Assembly: GCA_048128005.1 (NCBI GenBank)
Contig: JBEUKZ010000010.1
Coordinates: 434,001 to 498,000, forward strand
From: Veleropilina oligotropha
Taxonomy: Eukaryota
Direction of reading: 5' to 3'
DNA: 64,000 bases
This document shows positions 59,311 through 64,000 of this stretch, piece by piece (position 1 is the stretch's first letter; every line of letters starts with the position of its first letter). Made by a program: the position numbers and the translations under genes. The notes below the pieces were generated by a model. That model did no database searches and was not told the origin of the DNA. It saw only the letters and a program-made list of their open reading frames with translations.

Positions 59311-59794
59311 AGTGAATATCTGAATAATAATTAACTACCTGCAAGTGCAAATCAATTACTGGACTAGCAGGATACAATTTGAAAAAGGAAAATAATCACT
59401 CCATGAATAATACATGTAAGCAATCAATATACCAACAACATAAACATTAAGTGTGCCTGTAATTATAAAATGGAAATGGCTCTAAGAGAGGTATATATAT
59501 ACACATTATAATATGAATGCATTAAATATTTATGGAATATCATGTTTGAATAGCTTATGGCATGCTTAAAAGCGAATCTGTGTTGCAACTCGATGCCTTT
59601 TCTATTCTGCAGTGACATATAATTAATTTATATACAGTTCTACACTGAATATTAAATGTATTACTATTACAATACAAACGATAAAAGGCTTTACAAAAAA
59701 TTGTATAATGTATAAAAATTATGTTGTTTGAAAGAGGTAAAGCATTTTAACTTATAAATAACATAACATGGATTTGGACAGTCGATCGATATAG

Positions 59795-60242
59795 ATATAT
59801 TTATTTTCATTTCGAATCCGCGACATCTGATTGGTCAAAATGACGTCACATGGAGTGTGACAAATACTCATGTCAAACTCGACATTTTCGTATCAACTGC
59901 GCGTCGTGTGCTATACGTCATTTCGATTCTGCCGAAGATAATCGTGTAATTTCAAATATTCCTTCGAGATTCAATCATATACATGAATGTATATGACTAT
60001 TCCTCAGCTTTTCAAATATCCAGGTTATTTTGCGCTTAGAATAACCCGTAAGGTACAATTTAACATGACGTTATTCATTGTTCAGCATTGACAGGCATAT
60101 AAAGCAGCTTCACATTTGATACGTACGTTTATCCTGTTCGCTATGACAATATCACACTCGATTTCGTCTCGTGTGATATTTTCAAAGCTCACAGGCTAAA
60201 CATGTATCAAACTCGCCGCCCCAGGATAATGCGTTAAATATA
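59795..60242 (+). mobile_element. Degenerate hairpin-tailed element
   Basis: AATATCACACTCG-ATTTCGT-CTCGTGTGATATT hairpin core with further CTC mismatches; TA-rich flanks. Confidence 0.45.
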
Positions 60243-60487
60243 TATTATATATCACTATCGTTTTGGCTCGGTTTAGAGCGATGCTTAACATCCAGTTTAT
60301 AACAACCTTCAGGTTTATATCCATATTATCAATGGAGGATAGCAGGGTCGCTCAGGAAAAACTGCTTTTACCAGTCACTTATGGACAACTGTGACTGATC
60401 GTTAACTGCACAAAGTGCCCAACCAAGAATTCACACTCACTCCTACTAGACAGAGCAGTCAAGCGAGAGAAGTCACAGTCTGCAGTC

Positions 60488-60856
60488 ATATAGGGATTGA
60501 ACTGCAGTTTGATGGCATTTATGGTTGTATAAATGACACCCGCCATTCCATTTTCTATGGGAGCGCGCCAGCGCTCTCATAGAGAAGATGGAATGGCGGG
60601 TGTCATTTATACAACCATAAATGCCATCAAACTGCAGTTCAATCCTTATATTTACATCAGCATTTAACCAGAATCCCGTAAAAATAAACGTAATATTTGA
60701 ATGGAGGTCATATTAGGACATAGAGTAGATACGCACAACTATTCATCATACGTCACATCCGGCACCATAGCACTATGAATGCCATTGGAGTGGCATTCAT
60801 AGTGCTATGAATGCCATCAGAGTCTAGTGACGATGATAGCGAGCGTGGTAAATATA
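60488..60856 (-). mobile_element. Hairpin-tailed element in reverse orientation
   Basis: ~163-bp near-perfect palindrome at 60489-60651, and a second internal palindrome at 60766-60809. Confidence 0.6.
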
Positions 60857-62007
60857 TCCACTTGACTACCGCTACGGCTAGCTTCATAAACAAGTATTTT
60901 ACATAGCAGCATATATTGTAAGAAAAGATGTTTGCATAGATGAGAGTGGCATTGAATTGGAAACTAGTAATTAATTTTATGCTATAGACAGATGCCTTGT
61001 ATATAAAAGATTATCAGAATTATCATGATGCCTTAGAAATTTTAATGGCAAACTTTAGTGCAAAAGAATTAAGCAAAACTTCCATAATATACGTGCATAC
61101 TTCTCAAATTACTAAACACTTTCACATTATAAATTATTGTGTATATGTAACAGACACCATTTAAACAGTTATGTCAACAGAACTTTCTTCACTACTACTA
61201 GGATAATTATATAGGCATATTCTGTTTAAAGCCAGAAATGTCAAACACTGCCATTGCCATTGGCAGCTTCCCAAAAAGTTAATAGGCCTCTTTGAGTTTG
61301 AATCTCCCTAAAGCCCCAGACCTAAAGACTCCAAAGTAACTTAACATGTCCTTGTAAATGGAAAGTAACTTTGCAGTAGTGATAGGCACACACATGCCAT
61401 TTTCTGAAATCAACAGCACTTCAGTGTGCTTGTCCATTTCCCCTGCAATAAAATTAATTAGCTGCTTGTTGCCTCCAGGGCAAAGTGCTGTCCATTTCAA
61501 CTGGGTGGTAATACTGGAATGTTACCAGTTCTAAATGACACTGGAAACCTGTTACATTTTATGTCCATTTACACATGTCTGCGAAATAGTAATTACTTGG
61601 TCATCAGATTACTTCATGAAGTAATGGTCCTAAAGAAATCGTTGGGGATAAAATAGCAAATTAACAACACTCAACACAGAAGAAACATGCAGGAAATCAC
61701 AGCTTTTTCATTAGGATTTAATATATGAAGATGAATTGGAATTCATAAACAAACAGAGATAGTTGAAGGGATAGCTAGACACAAGACATTTGAGGCAATA
61801 ATAATGAGTCAATTTAAGGTTTAAGAATGATAATCATATAGGAACTACAAGAAATATGGTCTAGTTAGTCATGTTCACTATTCTTATTATCGTAAGTTTT
61901 GTGTACATGTGAAATTATTTATCTTCAACATTCTTCCAAATGCTCAAGATTAATACAGCAGAATGAATACATCAATAATCATTAATGTATTGACTTAATC
62001 TTTTACA

Positions 62008-62350
62008 TTATCACATGACAAACCTGTTATGGAACGGTAGAAGCCGTTTCATAATATTCGATACAAAAGACACGTCCTATAAGTATGCAAATGAGGGCGA
62101 GCATGATGCCAGGTTGTTGATTAGGTTGATTAGGCGGCGCATCACCCGCATTAACATATTGAATAATTCATGCGCGTTGACTTGTCGACTACTGACAAAA
62201 CATAGATGTTGAACTATTTTTTATTGGCGTGCTTTCGAGGCGTGATGCGTCTCAGGCGTGGCAATTTATGGCTAAAAGTACTGACAGAAATTAATTTTAA
62301 AACGTTACGAAATGAGTTTAAAAACGCAATAAAATAAGTTTAAAGGTATA
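62008..62350 (+). mobile_element. Truncated copy of the 13492 family
   Basis: TTATCACATGACAAA.CTGTTATGGAACGGTAGAAGCC... shared with 13499 onward; the hairpin is missing. Confidence 0.7.
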
Positions 62351-62941
62351 TGATACAAATATTGTTTGCAGCAATATCAACAGTTTTGATAATGATGTCT
62401 AATATCTAATTGATAAAAGAACGAATTAAAATCACGCAAATTGGCTCCACAGCAGATGATTTCAATCAGTCATAAAAGAATCCAATATCATTAGTTTGCA
62501 CGATCGTCGTGTATTTACACACGACGAGATGATGATCCGTGATATTAACCATATGATCATACACATCAACATTCGTATCTTCAATAAAATCAATTCTGCA
62601 ACAGACAACTATATGAGATCTGGTGCATTTGTTAATTAAGATATGAAACATGTCCCAATCATCTCTTGGTAACCAATCTTGTGCAATGTGGAAATCATGT
62701 TATTTCGGCACCAGTAGAACATAAACACCGCTTGCTCTGAACAGCTGAGCTGAAATCGATAACCTGCCAATAGAAACTGACACTGACAAACTGCAGAGAG
62801 ATGAGCCCCTATGTGTGAAATGGACATGCTGACAGGGGACTCTTATACAGGTTGATATGCCACATGAAGACTGGAGTTAAAGCACCTGTCAAATTTATGC
62901 ATACCACCTAAAGGCAACAAGAGTTCAATAACTTGTGATTC

Positions 62942-63005
62942 GATCATCATGGAGGTGTGGGCTGATCATCATGGAGGTGGGCCGATCATCATGGAGGTGT
63001 GGGCC
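62942..63005. repeat. Short tandem repeat, 3 x ~21 bp
   Basis: GATCATCATGGAGGTG(TG)GGC. Confidence 0.8.
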
Positions 63006-63409
63006 AACCATAAAATACTGCAGTATTAGCAACATCATTAATGTTTCGAACATGGTCAATTTCATAAGTTTTAAACCATGTATACAGGCATTTATACTGT
63101 TACATTAAAGATAAATGTAGGCAAATAGTAGACGTTGGATGAGGAATTGATCAATCTTTACTGGCAACCAATAATATTTAATCATCAATCTGATTTATCA
63201 ATTGTTGTTGTCGATGAAAATGAACCGCCATGTATGTGCAATGACTGCAGCATTTATGAAAATATCTACAATGCAGAAAGACATTTACTTTACCATGGTG
63301 CCTCAACACTATCATGAAGTCCTATCATCTACATAAACAGTATGTAACAGACTGACTAACTTTATTAATGTACAGAATGAATATACCGTTCCCACAACAC
63401 AATACTTAC

Positions 63410-63429
63410 CATGCATATGAATAAGCCAT
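63410..63429 (-). CDS. Candidate short first coding exon of the KLHL gene (MAYSYAW)
   Basis: ATG GCT TAT TCA TAT GCA TG|gtaagt: consensus donor in phase 2, matching the acceptor at 53872. Confidence 0.3.
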
Positions 63430-64000
63430 TGATCACAAACAGTAACTGTTAGCACAAATATATGTCATCTAGATCTGTGTGACTAAATATATAATAGTCA
63501 ACAGGAAACGAAATCTTGCACATGTATGAAATATGATCCAAAACTAAAGGATGTGTGGGTGATACTTTTGTCATCATTGCTAGAATGGATTTCGTAAAAC
63601 AATCTGATTCCGGATGGGACAATCCTCAATCCGTGGTCCGGATGAATCAAGTTCACGAAACAAAAGGAGAAATAACTACTGTACAATTATTAAAGGCCAC
63701 CATGAAAATGAAGAAACTTTATAGAAAATGTTGATCGATCTTATTAAAATACAATTAAATATAAATATTTATAAATAAAACTTTCATTAATTTAAATAAA
63801 TTTCAAATTCAAGCCATTGTACAGGATAACCTGTGTTTAATATTCATGACAACAGTACTTTAGCGCGACTGCTCCTGCATAACAAAGCCGTCCGTGTAAG
63901 AGGCGAGCCTCCAAGCCTAACACAATAACCTCGCTGCCTGCCAACCACTGTCGCAGTGCGCAGAGTAACAATACCTTACTTCCGTCGCATCTCCCTCCGT

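Overview
Eukaryotic (animal) genomic DNA with AT-rich spliceosomal introns. The repeat landscape suggests an invertebrate, probably a mollusc or other lophotrochozoan (inference). Two convergent multi-exon genes are present. On +, the 3' part (21 coding exons, 4064-29679) of a TPR-repeat gene most similar to TTC6. On -, a BTB-BACK-Kelch gene of the KLHL1/4/5 group (7 clear coding exons, 53872-33559, plus a candidate first exon near 63.4 kb). Introns are packed with nested mobile DNA: a degenerate DIRS1-type tyrosine-recombinase retrotransposon with dual-coding frames, an MT domain and a nearby ICR/ITR structure; a young, near-intact Gmr1-like Gypsy element with integrase upstream of RT, a Leu-type PBS, an ATGAC TSD and a SINE in one LTR; a Crypton (DUF3504) fossil split by a solo LTR that itself carries a Helitron; several non-coding elements sharing the Crypton's inverted-repeat-plus-long-hairpin architecture; Helentron-like elements with internal satellites; tRNA-derived SINEs; an RTE LINE fragment; MITEs; and minisatellites. 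The most unusual pattern is four independent tandem duplications that each copy an exon-intron boundary, leaving arrays of decoy splice sites. A GC-AG intron is also required by the TTC6-like reading frame. All coordinates were read by eye; no database search was run.
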